Position numbers and translations under genes: made by a program
Origin: Macrostomum lignano
Taxonomy: Eukaryota
NCBI GenBank assembly: GCA_002269645.1
Contig: NIVC01000056.1
Coordinates: 124,001-188,000 of the forward strand
Direction: 5' to 3'
DNA: 64,000 nt
Notes under the pieces: model-generated
Told to the model about the DNA's origin: nothing
Databases searched by the model: none
Seen by the model: only the letters and a program-made list of their open reading frames with translations
Shown here: one piece after another, positions 34,173 to 46,572 of the stretch
Numbering within the stretch: the stretch's first letter is position 1
How the letters are laid out: each line of letters opens with the position of its first letter

Positions 34173-37100
34173 TCACAGAGAATCGCTGGCATCTCCGGAG
34201 TTCAGCCGGCCCATAGTGACGGGCAGCGGTCCAGAGTCCACCCCGTCAGTGTCAATCAGGTGAATCTCGGGCACATCGACCGCCGCCGCTACGGCCGAGG
34301 AGGCCTCTTTCGTCGTCGTCGTCGTCGCCGCCTGGTCCTGCGGCTGCGGTGGCGGCGGCGGTGGCTTCTTCAGCTTCCTCCGCTTGACCTTCTGCGGCTT
34401 TGGCGGCAGCTGCGGCTTGTTTGGCTCCGTCGGCTGATCGATGGCGACAGAAATTGGCCGGACGTAGCCGTCAGGGCTGTTGGTCATGTTCATTTCCAGG
34501 TAGCCGGGGTTCGACACGGGCCGGCTGGGTGGTTGGCTGGACAGGTAGCCGGAATTGTCGTACACGCTCTCTTCGACCTTGTTGGAGCTGCCGCTGCTAC
34601 GGCCGAGCGGCTGAGCCGTCGCCGGCCTCTGCTCGGTCGGTCGGGGCGCGTCAGGCACCGGAGGCTTGGGGCCCGTTTCCGTTTCGTTCAGCTGAATGGC
34701 TGTTTGTTGTGTTGGGGTTGAAGCGGCATTTCCGACAGAGGTGTACACAGTTTTAAAACTAAAAAAATATGGGGGCTTGGCCCAGCGGTCCGGCGCGGCG
34801 CTCTGATGTGTAAGCGGGCCAGACTCGATTCCAAGTGCAGTCAGATTTAATTTGGGACTAAATTGGAATCTTGGCTTGGCTCTGCTCATGCAATTAACAC
34901 CCTTGAGGGCCAACCCCAAATGCACAGTGAAGTGTACATGCCTAACGATAAATAAAGTTAGGGCCGCTGTATTCACGCCTGTGTGAGTGTGTGCCTGTGT
35001 GTATGACTGCGTACGTATCCGCACGCTTGTGTGCCTGCTCAGGGGAGTCGGCGGAATGGGCAGTAATGCCTCTCGCTGGTTGTGTGACAATGTCGCTTAA
35101 AAAGCGTCTGGGTGCACACAGCTCCATGCCTCTAATAAAAAACATTCGAATTTTTATATAACTGTCAGTGCAGAACTATTTTTTAAACTGCAAGAGACCT
35201 GCTTCGTTTCTTTTTCGGGCTACTTTTCAGTAGGCGATCTCTATTGAATGCATGTAGTATACATTCGCCTGTAAAAATAGCTGTTTTAAAGGATTGATTT
35301 AAAGTTTACAGAATCAAAAAGCCTTCACGGCTTCAGTCGCTTGGAAGTAAGGAAATCACTTTTGTCTAGAGATGAGTTGCTGAGTCTAAAATTCTAAAAT
35401 GATCAAATGAGCGCAGGAAATTATCTAGACAACTTACTCGGTTCGTCAGTGTCAAGCATCTTGGATTGGCGCAGGTCTGCGTAGGTACCGGTGTCCTCCA
35501 GCTGGGTCTCCGGAGCAGCTGCTGTCGTGGTCCTCACGAGTTCGTACTCGGCGTCCAGTCCGGAAGCTGGCACTGGTGCGGCTTGCCGCTCCGCAATGGC
35601 GGGCATCCGTGGCAGATTGGGATTTCGCGGCGGCAGGCGTGGAGAACGTTCATCTGAAGAAGCATTTTAGTTTAAACTTGTGCTCTGCAGCGTCACATTC
35701 AGTGCTGTTGTGAAGCAATGCAAGAACTCACCGCTGCCATAGTCGTACTCCTTTTCGGGTCCCCATCCGTCGAGGGTTCGTCGATCGTCGGTGGGCCACT
35801 TGACGTTGAGCTGTTGTCGGACGGCTGGCTTCGTCTGACCCTGCTCAAACTGCTGCTTCGCAGTGCGCTGGCGACAGACCAGAACTCGCCAGCCAATGAT
35901 GACGGCAGCGGCCAGAAGCAAAATCAAGACGATGATGAGGAACACCCACCAGTAGCCGGCGACCGTTGCGTCGCACCGGTAACCACCAGGCAGATTCACG
36001 CATGCCTGTAAGGGTGATTCGGGTGCCAATAGGAAGGAAGATGTCAGGACAATTATCCAAGGACTACTCAACTAGAAGAAGGGAAAACTACGTTTCATAG
36101 AAAACGTTAAGGAGGCTGGCTTTCTTCGAAAAATACACTACAGAGATAGCAAGTTTTCATTTTTTCAGCACAAAAATTGCTATTGCTTTTGATAAAAGGC
36201 AGAAGCAATTTTCATATTTTGATATGTCTTGCCTTTCTTATAGCTCTATTGATATTCATAAGCTTTTCAGTTTTCATTCCTACTTGTTGAGTAGTCATTG
36301 CAGTTATCTAGTAAACATCTGTAGTCTTTTAAACCGCAACAATGAAGCCGTAAGGTCGTAAGTTTTCAATTGCGACTCAAGCGCGTTTCTACTGGAGTAC
36401 CTTCACTTTGATTGAATATTTGTGAAACTATTGAAGAGCGGCAATGGATGCTGACACAAGCGTGATGTCGGTGTCATACCGGGCCTGCAATCTGAAGTTA
36501 TTATCGCTCACCTGTCCGAAGGCGCACGGATCGGAGCCAGCCTGGCACTCATTCCGGTCGGCCGTGCAGTTACGGCCCTCCCAGCCGGTGCTGCAGCTGC
36601 AGAGGTAGTCGCTAGTTGGCCCGAAGCTGCCAGCCTTCGAGGTACAATTGCCATTCACGCAGGGTCGCTGGTTGGCGCACGGGTTCAGTCTGGTGTCGCA
36701 GCGGCGACCTGCAGGGAATGAATGGGAATTTTGGTGGATTAGGCAAAGTAATAAATTCCTCAACTGAGCGCAGAACAGCATTCTCAACTGACATTCGGTG
36801 AGCCTCCGCCCTGCGCAAGGCCCTGCTTGGACTCAACCGCAGGGACATCAGGGCGGTGACCATGGCCATCTCCGGTCATGGCTGTTTTGCCAGGCATCGC
36901 TACCTCCAGGGAAAAATCCGCAGTGAGGAATGCCCATTCTGCCTCTCCGGTGTCGAGAATGCGGAGCACTTCATCTGTGAATGCCCGAGCCCGACCCGCC
37001 TTTACTCAGGACAGGCTCACCTACCTCGGCCCAAACCCGGACCTCTCCGACGTTTTCAGGCCCGAGAATCTCTGCCAGCTCGTCCGCTATCTAAGGGCTA

Positions 37101-40100
37101 CCGGGCGAGCGACAGTCCACCTCCTGGACCCTCCGGAGGGGGACCGCGCTGCGGACACCGGCACCACCGGAACTCCCTGCAGCACACCGCAGCACTAGCT
37201 GCCCGTGGTCGCCAGGGGTTAGCGAAATGGGCGGCAACGCCTCCTCGCTGTTTCCGGACGCAGCTAAGTCAAGTAAGTCAAGACATTCGGTGGGGAAAGA
37301 GCAGCTCAATGGTTAATAGCTCCGCCTGTCGCGCCACGACTCTCGGTTCGTCTCCTTGCGCGGTCACCACACACTAACCTGATTTGCGGCAGCCATCTAA
37401 ACTAACCTCCAAGCTCCACTCTCGCTACCAACCATAAGAGATCTTTGTTTCAGTAAAACTTCCGCTGTACGCGCACCTTCAAACCCTGGCTGGCAGGCGC
37501 ACGTGTAGGACCCGTTCGTGTTCTCGCAGGCCAAGCGTTTCACGCAGTATCCTGACCGGCTGCACTCGTCGATGTCCGTTTCGCACGCCGCGCCCTCCCA
37601 GCCGCTGTTGCACGCGCATGTGTAGTTGCTGGAGCCGACGTTGCTGCAGTTGCCATGGTGACAGGCTGGCTTCATAGCCAAGCAATAGTCGGATATTTCG
37701 GAGCACAGAGGGCCTGCAGGAGCGAGAGGAGATCCTAGGAAGCCTTTTACCGCAGTTCAGAACAGAAACTCCTTCCCAGATGTTGCATCCCTCACAACAT
37801 TTGGTTTAACTCATAGAACTTGTGCCTTTCCATTCCATCAGTCCAGCAGTCCTTGGCCCTTCTCTCACCCGCCCAGATCTAGTCCAGCAGTCCTTGGCCC
37901 CCTCTCACCCGCCCAGATCTAGTCCAGCAGTCCTTGGCCCCCTCTCACCCGTCCACCCGGGCCGGCAATGGCAGGCAAAACTGCCATTGGAGTTGACGCA
38001 GGCCGCGGTGCCGTTGGGCAGGCAGTCGCCCAGGCCGCCTTTGCTGGGCGCGGCGCACTCGTCGACGTCGCGGTCGCAACGATCACCGGTCCAGCCGTCG
38101 CGGCAGGCGCAGGTATAGTTGGCTCCGGCGGACGCGTTGCCATTGCTGCAGTTGCCATGGAGACAAGGGTTGTTCGCCAAGCAGTAGTCGGATAAATTTC
38201 GACAGTAGCTTCCTGAAAATAGAGGGAGTGGGTGAGTAGCGCAGCGGTTGTGCGTCTCTGGTTCTCGCGCCAAAGTCCCGGGTTCGATTTCTTTTGGCTA
38301 CATTAATTTTGGTTTCGTGTGCTAAAGTTAACCCGGGCCTTGATGCGTGATTTTAAGTCACAGAGACTGCACAAGCCCGCCGATGAGAAATTTTCGCTGT
38401 GCACCCTGTGTGTTCAGGGGTCAGCCGAATGAGCATGATTGCTTGCCGCCACGCCGACTGCGGTTCGCCTATCGCCTTGGCTTTGCGACGGCGCTCACAG
38501 ACTAGTTAAAAATGGCCAATTATAACCAAGACTACTGGAAGTAGCCGTTTTAATTGTGTCCAAGGAAGCCCGCATGTTTGAAAAAGCTATTAACTATGAG
38601 GGCTAGTTACTAAAAAGGTTAAAGAGGCTGCTAGCAACTAAAATTGTCAGTAAACAAACTCACCAGACCAGCCGGCTTTGCAATCGCACTCGAACGAACC
38701 GATCGAGTTCGTGCAGTTCGCCGTGCCCGCCAGGTTGCAGCCGCTCGGCCCGCCAGCGCACTCGTCGATGTCTGCGCTGCAGTTGGTGCCGGCGTAGCCG
38801 GGGTAGCAGTCGCAGATGTACACGCCATCGCTCGGATTTCTGCAGTTGCCGTTGCGACACGGCTTGTATTTGGCGCACGGGTTCTTGGGCAGCTCGCAGT
38901 GCCGGCCTGCAGCAGGCGGCGGGTCGAAAATTTATGGTTTTCTCTCTTTCCTATGCCTCATCTTTTCTCTCCTCTTTACAAAACCCATTTGCTTTGATCT
39001 GCTTCTCATGCTTCTCCATCCCTAATGGAGATCGGTCCTCGGTACGAACTCTCATCATCATGTAAACACCCAGCATTAGCGCAGGAAGCACGCAGTGAAC
39101 TTACCTGTGTATTCTTTAGTGCATCTGCACGTGTATCCGTCCGTGAGGTGATTGCAAGTGGCATTGTTCTGACAGAGAGGCGTTCCGCTGCAGTAGGTAT
39201 TCTTGCAGTTTGTCGCTGGGTCCCAGTAGCCTGCAATGAAGCCATTTTTGTCAACAGTCAACTAGTGGAATTACAAGTCACAAGATATCACTCAGACATT
39301 TAATGTTAGCCAGAATAATATTGGTTTTGTCAGCCTAACTGAGAATAAAGCTATCCAAAGTGAGAATCCTGCCTACGCTGACTGCGAAGGGCCTGGCTGC
39401 GTGCAGCCTTAGTCTATGGGCCATAGACAATAAAGGACAAGCAAAGTGATAAAAAGCCATCCAATGTGAGAATCGATTGGTCTATGCGTCGTATTCTTTT
39501 ATTTTTATATCTTCTGAGCTTCTGAGCCATATGACTAGCCAATCCTAGCTTATCCTTTATAGTCTATGGCTCATAGACTAGGCTGGACGCAGCTAGGCCC
39601 TTCGTATTCAGCGTAGGCAGGATTCTCACATTGGATGGCTTTTTATCACTTTGCTTGTCCTTTATAGTCTATGGCCCATAGACTAAGGCTGCACGCAGCC
39701 AGGCCCTTCGCAGTCAGCGTAGGCAGGATTCTCACTTTGGATGGCTTTATTCTCAGTTAGGCTGACAAAAGCAATACTATATAAGCTTAGCATCTAATTA
39801 CCAGCAAGGCACTCCTTGTCCCCACTCGCTGAACAACTGTAGTGGCCTTCGATGCTGTTATCTGCCGGCTTGCAGTATTTATCGCACAGGCCTGAGTAGT
39901 AGTACTGGGCGCAGTAGATCTTGTAAGACCAAGTTAGTGTTCTGTAGCGGCAGCAAGATTATTTAAATAGGATGCCTTCTCGAAAGGGAATGCCAGCTTA
40001 AGACCCTGGAGCCTCGAAGTAAAGGTCCGAACGGAATCGGATATCAATATATAACTTTGGAGGGACTTCGGGGGATTTCACGCCCAGCTTGAGACACCTC

Positions 40101-41974
40101 AAATCTCAATGGATCACATTGATCTGAGCCTGATCTGAGGATGTCAGTCCTATTATAGCATTCCGTCATATACACACGTCATCTACACTTCCGTCATCTA
40201 CATCTACAAGAGGAATTTCTCTTACTTTTCGAATTTTAATTTTGTTGTTACTGTCGTAAAGTCCGACGGAACCACACCATTGAAGCTTTTGCTGCGAATG
40301 GACGAAGCCGGGGGGTCAAACAGCTCGTTCATTCTGATGTCGTCGACCTTCTGATCCGGAGTCGCGTCCACGTCCCAGACGTCGAGCCACACCTTCCAGT
40401 TGTCGGCCTGTTTGATTTAAGTTAAGGCTATCAGTCATTCAGCCCCAAGGACAACTTAAGTAGAAGGACGCTACACTCGAAATCTATGGTAAATGTTTTG
40501 AAGGCAACTTTTCGCCGAAAAAGACACTGCAGAGATAGGAGGTTTTCATTTTTTCAGCACAAAAATTGTTATTGCTTTCAATAGGAGGCAGATCCAGTGT
40601 TCATCTTTTGATATGTTGTGCCTTTCTTATTCCTCTATCGATATCCATAAAGCTTTTCGTTCAGAAATAGTTTTAAAGGCAGTTTTCACCGAAAAAATAC
40701 ACTACTGAGATAGGAAATTTCCCGATTTTCAACACTAAAACAGTGATTGAGTCTCTTAACAGTGTCAGAGAAAGTTCTAATCACACTTTTTTGTGCCTCA
40801 CATGCTGCTCTAACGACGCATTAATCGATTTTTCCTGTTAATTGGTCTGTCACTTGAAAAAAAACGTTTAAAATAATGACAAGACCAATTAACATGAATA
40901 ATCGATTAATGCGTCGTTAGAGCAGCATGTGAGGCACAAAATAGTGTGATTAGAACTTTCTCTGACACTGTTAAGACTTAAGAGACCCAATCACTGTTTT
41001 AGTGTTGAAAATCGTAAAATTTTCTATCTCCGTAGTGTATTTTTCGGCGAAAAGTTGCCTTCAAAACATTTACCATAGATTTCGAGTGTAGCATCCTGTA
41101 TATATGTTACTCGAGTAGTCCTTGTTCAGCCCAGGAGCTCTACTGACTAAGTGGTGCCTAACTGATCTCCCGTGACTAATTTCTATTTAACTTGTAGAAC
41201 CACAGAGCCAGAAAAGTTTATTAACAGTTAACATTTAAATTTAACTCACACTGATAGGAAAAGCTCCAGAAAAGCTGACGCTGATTGGTGAGGGGCAAAA
41301 GTTGCTGACCTCGATTGTGTTCGAATACTCTGATGTTGAGCAATAAGGTTTTTTCTCTTCGGATCTACAAATTTAAATATAGAGCTGTCAAACATTTAAC
41401 ACTGAGTTTTCACACAGAGTAGACTTTGAACACATGCTTTGCGTTCATAATCGACTCGTTCATACGCGAGATGCACAAATCTAGTCCATCGCCACTAGAG
41501 AGATGGATGACTTACCCAATTTCGTAACTGACCACAAATCTCAGGTCGCACGGGCTGACACCGCCGAATGTGTCGCATTGCTCGCCCTCGTTGAGCACGT
41601 TGTTTGGATTGCGATACTTGTCCAGTCGAAGTGTCAACTCCCCATTCGACGAAGCTTTCTGTGAATTAGAAAAGATCTTATGAGCTTTGTTTTATTAAAT
41701 CAAAATTATTGTAGAATAAGTGCTGCCTATGACTACTATGCAAGTAAGATATGATACGGCTGAAGTCTACATGATGGGATGTGAAACGACATGACACGAC
41801 ACTGCACAAAACAACACACAACGTCTCCACACAATACATTAATATCATTATACGAGTAACCTGTTATGATACTTAATAGTAAACTAGTTATCAGAAACAG
41901 ACCTGACACAGACACAGAAGCAGCCAGAGTGAAATCAAGCACCTAGTGCCGCTTGCAACCATTGAGTGTCGCAT
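34173..41974 (-). CDS. Delta-like DSL-family type I membrane protein (signal peptide, C2/MNNL-like, DSL, 8 full EGF plus 1 truncated EGF, TM, ~270-aa tail), 911 aa
   Basis: Exons: 41974-41903, 41658-41516, 41364-41250, 40407-40226, 39941-39802, 39230-39105, 38906-38664, 38212-37949, 37713-37477, 36708-36512, 36005-35732, 35653-35438, 34699-34173. All GT-AG and phase-compatible, total 2736 nt. Signal [24 protein letters not shown]; C2-like [13 protein letters not shown]...CD...PCD and LDVWDVD; [47 protein letters not shown]; Ca-binding EGFs (DIDEC, DVDEC); [23 protein letters not shown]. Confidence 0.88.
34771..35142 (+). mobile_element. tRNA-derived SINE (family B) in the last intron of the DSL gene
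   Basis: Closely similar along its length to the 57241-57609 copy; A-box/B-box-like head; ends GCCTCTAATAAAAAA. Confidence 0.85.
36801..37281 (+). mobile_element. 3' fragment of a non-LTR retrotransposon (C-terminal CCHC finger) with TSD
   Basis: [41 protein letters not shown] is a LINE C-terminal zinc finger. Tail (TAAGTCAAG)x2; 11-bp TSD GACATTCGGTG at 36790-36800 and 37282-37292. Confidence 0.85.
37840..37950. repeat. ~41-bp repeat x3 that includes the exon donor site
   Basis: CCAGCAGTCCTTGGCCC(C/T)TCTCTCACCCG repeated; on the minus strand each unit has GG|GTGAGAG. Confidence 0.85.
39315..39780. mobile_element. Foldback MITE with ~155-bp TIRs and an internal ~100-bp tandem duplication
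   Basis: 39320-39475 is the reverse complement of about 39620-39777; block CCTTTATAGTCTATGGC...TTGGATGGCTTT occurs twice in the right half. Confidence 0.85.
40474..41088. mobile_element. Tc1/mariner-type foldback MITE (TA TSD)
   Basis: TA|CACTCGAAATCTATGG ... CCATAGATTTCGAGTG|TA, with long inner inverted arms (about 40670-40850 versus 40870-41050). A related internal fragment lies at about 36130-36270. Confidence 0.8.
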
Positions 41975-42980
41975 TGCAGATGAAATCCACAAGCCAGAAG
42001 ACAGTTCGCAGAACAAGCTGCAAGTCCTGTTTCAAACGTTAATTCGGTTTCCAAGTGAGCTGACGATGAAATTATTTTAATAAAGCCAGTTTAAATATTC
42101 CGACTAAAGAGACTTGAAAAATAGCAAAAAGAATAAAAAAACACGTACTGTACCTCGCCACAGCAGCAGTAGCAGCTGTTTACCTCGTGAAGGCAAGGCA
42201 ACAAGCCGTGTGCGGTCTCTGCCTTCCAGGCACATCGGACCATCTTTGACGCCAACCTCACTCCTTGTAAGCCCTGAGCAGTGCTCAGGTGAGCTGGGCA
42301 GAGGGGCAGAGGGGCGAAGCTTAGACTGTGCACATGCAGCAGTTGAAATGGCACCTTTGGTGCAGTGCAGTGATGCCATGCAGCCATTATGCACCTACCC
42401 CCCAGGGCGCTCTCTGTTCTTTCTTCTCTGTCTTTAATATTTTCGTCTCTCGTTTCGCTTATGGAATTTCAAAGTTCCATAACTCTATAGCTGTCTTTAA
42501 AGCAGAAGTGCATTTTTGCCAACAAAGAATAGAACCAGATCAACAGAATTGAGTCCACAACTGTTGCTTTAGAGCTGAAAATAGACACTGAGTCACTGGA
42601 GTTTGCTTTCAGCTTGCTTGCAAAAATAATCATTTCTGGATTGCCGGAATTAGAGATGACGCGCCTCTGTGCAAAGGGTAGCGGCAATCACACTAGCCGT
42701 CCAACTTACAAATAAGCTAAAAATGGAACATTTAAAATGACTTTTTTAGGGCTTACCTTATTTTTGGCGATGATGGCTTCGGAAACGCGCATCGTCTGAG
42801 ATCACGTGCTTTGAGCATGTGACCGCAACACCAGTGGTTCCAGGCAGATCACTTGGTTGCGAATGCGCTTTCAACTGAAAAAGTTGAATCAGAAGCACCA
42901 ATTTTAGTGCTTCTGGCGTGCTTTCGGATGTGGAAAAGACTTTGGTCCCTGTTTCCCTCAGCACCGTCTCGATCCTTCTA

Positions 42981-43281
42981 ATGTACATCCTATCCACATT
43001 TCCCTGGAGTCGCATCTAATGTACATCCTATCCACATTTCCCTGGAGTCGCATCTAATGTACATCCTATCCACATTTCCCTGGAGTCGCATCTAATGTAC
43101 ATCCTATCCACTTTCCCCTAGAGTCGCATCTAATGTACATCCTACCCACATTTCCCTAGAGTCGCATCTAATGTACATCCTATCCACATTTCCCTGGAGT
43201 CGCATCTAATGTACATCCTATCCACTTTCCCCTAGAGTCGCATCTAATGTACATCCTATCCACTTTTCCCTAGAGTCGCAC
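42981..43281. repeat. 38-bp tandem repeat, about 8 copies
   Basis: Unit ATGTACATCCTATCCACATTTCCCTGGAGTCGCATCTA. Confidence 0.95.
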
Positions 43282-43739
43282 AAGCGTTTCAATTTGAATC
43301 CAGGGTTTAGGGTTAGCATAAGGGGTTTAGGGTTATGCTTAGGGCTCAACCATAAAATACACATGGGGGAATCGCTGAGTTGTCAAGGCTCATGGAGAGT
43401 TGCTGAAATGCTGTGGCTCATTGAGGGGTTGCTGAGATGCTAAGGATCAATTTGGAGTTGTTGGTAGGCCAAGCATCAAAAGGATATCTAGAGTTAAGCC
43501 ATGGCTTAAAGGAGCACCGGGGGGCTTTAGTGCCAGAGCTCACAGGGGATGCTGGTAGCTTAGGCTAGATAGCTGGCTCTTCTTTGCTTTTATGCTTTTA
43601 GATCAATTTTCTTAAGAAACTAGTAGTATTGATGACTGTACAAGTTTAGAAGCTACGAGTACGTGTGGTTAATTTCTGTAAATTTACTGTAAATTCTGTA
43701 AATTTAAAACATGCTTTGGGCGAACGAACAGCTTCTTTC

Positions 43740-44400
43740 AGGCCTCTTCTCAGAACACTCAGGACACTCAGGCCTCCTCTTAAAACACTCAGGACACTCA
43801 GGCCTGCCCTCAGAACACTCAGAACACTCTAGACATTCACTCATTCAAGCCTCATTTCTAAACACTTAGAACACTCAGGCCTCCTCTTAAAACACCCAGG
43901 ACACTCGGGCCTCCTCTCAAAACATCCAGGACACCCGGGCCTCCTCTCAGAACACCCAGGACACTCGGGCCTCCTCTTAGAACACTCAGGCCTCCTCTCA
44001 AAACACCCAGGACACTCGGGCCTCCTCTCAGAACACAAGGACACTTAGGCCTCCTCTCAAAACACCCAGGACACTCGGGCCTCCTCTCAGAACATCCAGG
44101 ACACTCGGGCCTCCTCTCAGAACACCCAGGACACTCGGGCCTCCTCTTAGAACACTCAGGCCTCCTCTCAAAACACCCAGGACACTCGGGCCTCCTCTCA
44201 GAACACAAGGACACTTAGGCCTCCTCTCAAAACACCCAGGACACTCGGGCCTCCTCTCAGAACATCCAGGACACTCGGGCCTCCTCTCAGAACACCCAGG
44301 ACACTCGGGCCTCCTCTTAGAACACTCAGGCCTCCTCTCAAAACACCCAGGACACTCGGGCCTCCTCTCAGAACACTTGGGACTCTCAGGACACTCAGGC
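43740..44400. repeat. ~29-30-bp minisatellite (CTCCTCTCAGAACACCCAGGACACTCGGGC) with higher-order structure
   Basis: Direct reading. Confidence 0.93.
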
Positions 44401-44808
44401 CAAAAAGGTGCGACATAAAAAATTAAATGTTTTGCGAACTGAATTTGCTAACATCTTAAAGTTGTTGACTTGTCGAAGAACTTTACTGTGTTTGAAAATA
44501 ATTTCTTTGTATTGTACCAGTACGTATTGTGTTTATGTATTCTTATATTAGGTATGAGAAACCGGACGGATAGTGCGTGAACTGAACCGTTTCTGCTTGC
44601 CACGGAAATAATGCAAAATACATTAAAAAATTGTGACACAATACTCTAAATATAGTATCCGACAGCATATTTGGTTGCTTCATATGTCTCTAACCTGAGA
44701 TTTTGAAACATTAAAAAAGCACTGGGAAGCACTAGTTACACTTTAGTGAAAATGATAGCTCGTAAGGGCTCAATAAAACGGTGTCACGCGAGTGTTGCCA
44801 CCTTCGGT

Positions 44809-45252
44809 TCAAACATCGTACACCGTATTCGCCATGTAGCCGCCGCACGTCTCCTTCTCATTTCCTGGGCATTTCTTGTCGCACTTCAGCGTAGAGATCT
44901 GGCCGTACTTGCCGTACTTGTTGGCGCAGTAGCACTCCGTTCCGTTCTGCAGCCCCATGTGCTTCATGTTGGCCTTCTTGCACGAGTCTCGGCACAGCAC
45001 GTGAGTGAGGCTGTCGCTGTGAAACGAGGCCTTTCCCATATCTCGAGCGTTGACGCTGTCCGCGTAGCAGCCCTTGAACTTCGAGGGCGGTCGCTCCTGG
45101 GATTTCTTTGATCCAGCGGCTCTACCGGCCGCGAATGTTCCGGTGAAGGCGGCGGCGATGACTGGAAGGATCGGAGGACAGGCCTGGATCTCCAGACAGA
45201 CGAGGCTCAGAATGAAAAACAGCGCGGTAAGCAGTCGCTGGTTGACGAGCAT
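44809..45252 (-). CDS. Secreted WSC-domain protein, paralog 1 (147 aa, intronless)
   Basis: ATG start, signal peptide LLTALFFILSLVCLEIQA, WSC pattern FKGCYAD...LTHVLCRDSC...GLQNGTECYC...CDKKCPGNEKETCGG...VY. Confidence 0.9.
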   Translation of the reverse strand: MLVNQRLLTALFFILSLVCLEIQACPPILPVIAAAFTGTFAAGRAAGSKKSQERPPSKFKGCYADSVNARDMGKASFHSDSLTHVLCRDSCKKANMKHMGLQNGTECYCANKYGKYGQISTLKCDKKCPGNEKETCGGYMANTVYDV

Positions 45253-45811
45253 TTTTACAGAGAATGAGCTCAGTTAGAGTGTGCTCTGGCCAAATAGTGA
45301 AGATTAGCGGTGCTTGCGGGTGACTACGTAGCTTTATATCCGATTCAGACTCCTTCGCTAATTCTTCGTCTTTGCCTGTCTCTCGGCTATCTAGAGTTCG
45401 CTCTAAGCCATAGACATATTTTTAGCTGCTTGAAACTAAAAAGCACCGACCTTACTTTGAATTTCAGAGCCAGCACCAGATTGGTTGGCGAACTGGTACG
45501 TGTGCATGTAGAAGACACGAAGTCGCCTGAGAACTGTGTACTTTAATAGTTTCAGTCCAAGTTTTTCACGACGTTTTTCGGGTAACATTGTACATTATTA
45601 CTGCAGCAAGTATCTTCGCTGATACAATAAACTCAGAACCGGACCATCATTGACCTCAACGACTTTGAACATTCAGGGCATAAATCTCAATTTTATTGTC
45701 CAATCTAGTTACGTAGACGATGAAGATGAGCATGAAGATTCAGTTTAATTATTGCTTAAATTCAGTCGAATTGTTGTGATGGGTGGCGCTCCGGGGGAGC
45801 ACGAGAAATGC

Positions 45812-46564
45812 CCGCAGACAAATTGCCCGCCGAGATTTGCCCGCCGAGCTTTTCCCACCGAGATTTGCCCGCAGTGCATTTTGCTCGTGAGCGAATTGCC
45901 CGTGGAGATTTGCCCGCCGAGAATTGCCCGTGGAGATTTGCCCGCCGAGAATTGCCCGCCGAGATTTGCCCGCCGAGCTTTTCCCGCCGAGATTTGCCCG
46001 CAGTGCATTTTGCTCGTGAGCGAATTGCCCGTGGAGATTTGCCCGCCGAGAATTGCCCGTGGAGATTTGCCCGCCGAGAATTGCCCGCCGAGATTTGCCC
46101 GCCGAGCTTTTCCCGCCGAGATTTGCCCGCAGTGCATTTTGCTCGTGAGCGAATTGCCCGTGGAGATTTGCCCGCCGAGAATTGCCCGCCGAGATTTGCC
46201 CGCAGTGCAATTTGCCCGCGAGTGAATTGCCCGCGAGCGAGTTGCCCGCCGAGTTTTTTCCCGCCGAGGTTTTCCCGCGATGCTTTTTTATTGCAGCGCA
46301 TTTGGCAGCTAGATTCTGTCTGTATTGCCCCCCCCCCCAGAAAATGCATTTGATATGCAGTTACTGTCAAAACGTTTCGATCGTGTACTCGTAAATCTCT
46401 TTATTAAGATTTACATGTACTAAGCATTGGGAATGCAATGCAGACAAATGGCCAAATGCGCTGCAGGAAAAAGCATCGCGGGCAAATCTCGGCGGGAAGC
46501 TCGGCGGGCAAATCTCCACGGGCAAATCTCCTGCGGGCAAATCTCGGCGGGCAATTGGACTGCG
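45812..46564. mobile_element. Foldback element built from GATTTGCCCG(CCGA) subrepeats; long left arm with ~110-bp higher-order repeats, short inverted right arm
   Basis: Left AATTGCCCGCCGAGATTTGCCC; right GGGCAAATCTCGGCGGGCAATT. Inner inverted segments at about 46270-46345 and 46435-46485. Confidence 0.75.
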
Positions 46565-46572
46565 TGTCGGTA

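Noticed and set aside
41736-41942. Listed hydrophobic ORF as the signal-peptide exon of the DSL gene
   Set aside because: Its donors are phase 1; the overlapping frame from ATG 41974 gives a proper signal peptide and the required phase-0 junction.
42469-43015. Short minus-strand ORFs and a GTAAG donor upstream of the DSL gene
   Set aside because: No homology or phase-compatible link to a gene; might be a non-coding exon but cannot be supported.
42981-43281. 38-bp repeats of CRISPR-like length
   Set aside because: No spacers; simple tandem array.
43295-43350. Degenerate TTAGGG-like interstitial telomere motif
   Set aside because: Only a few imperfect units.
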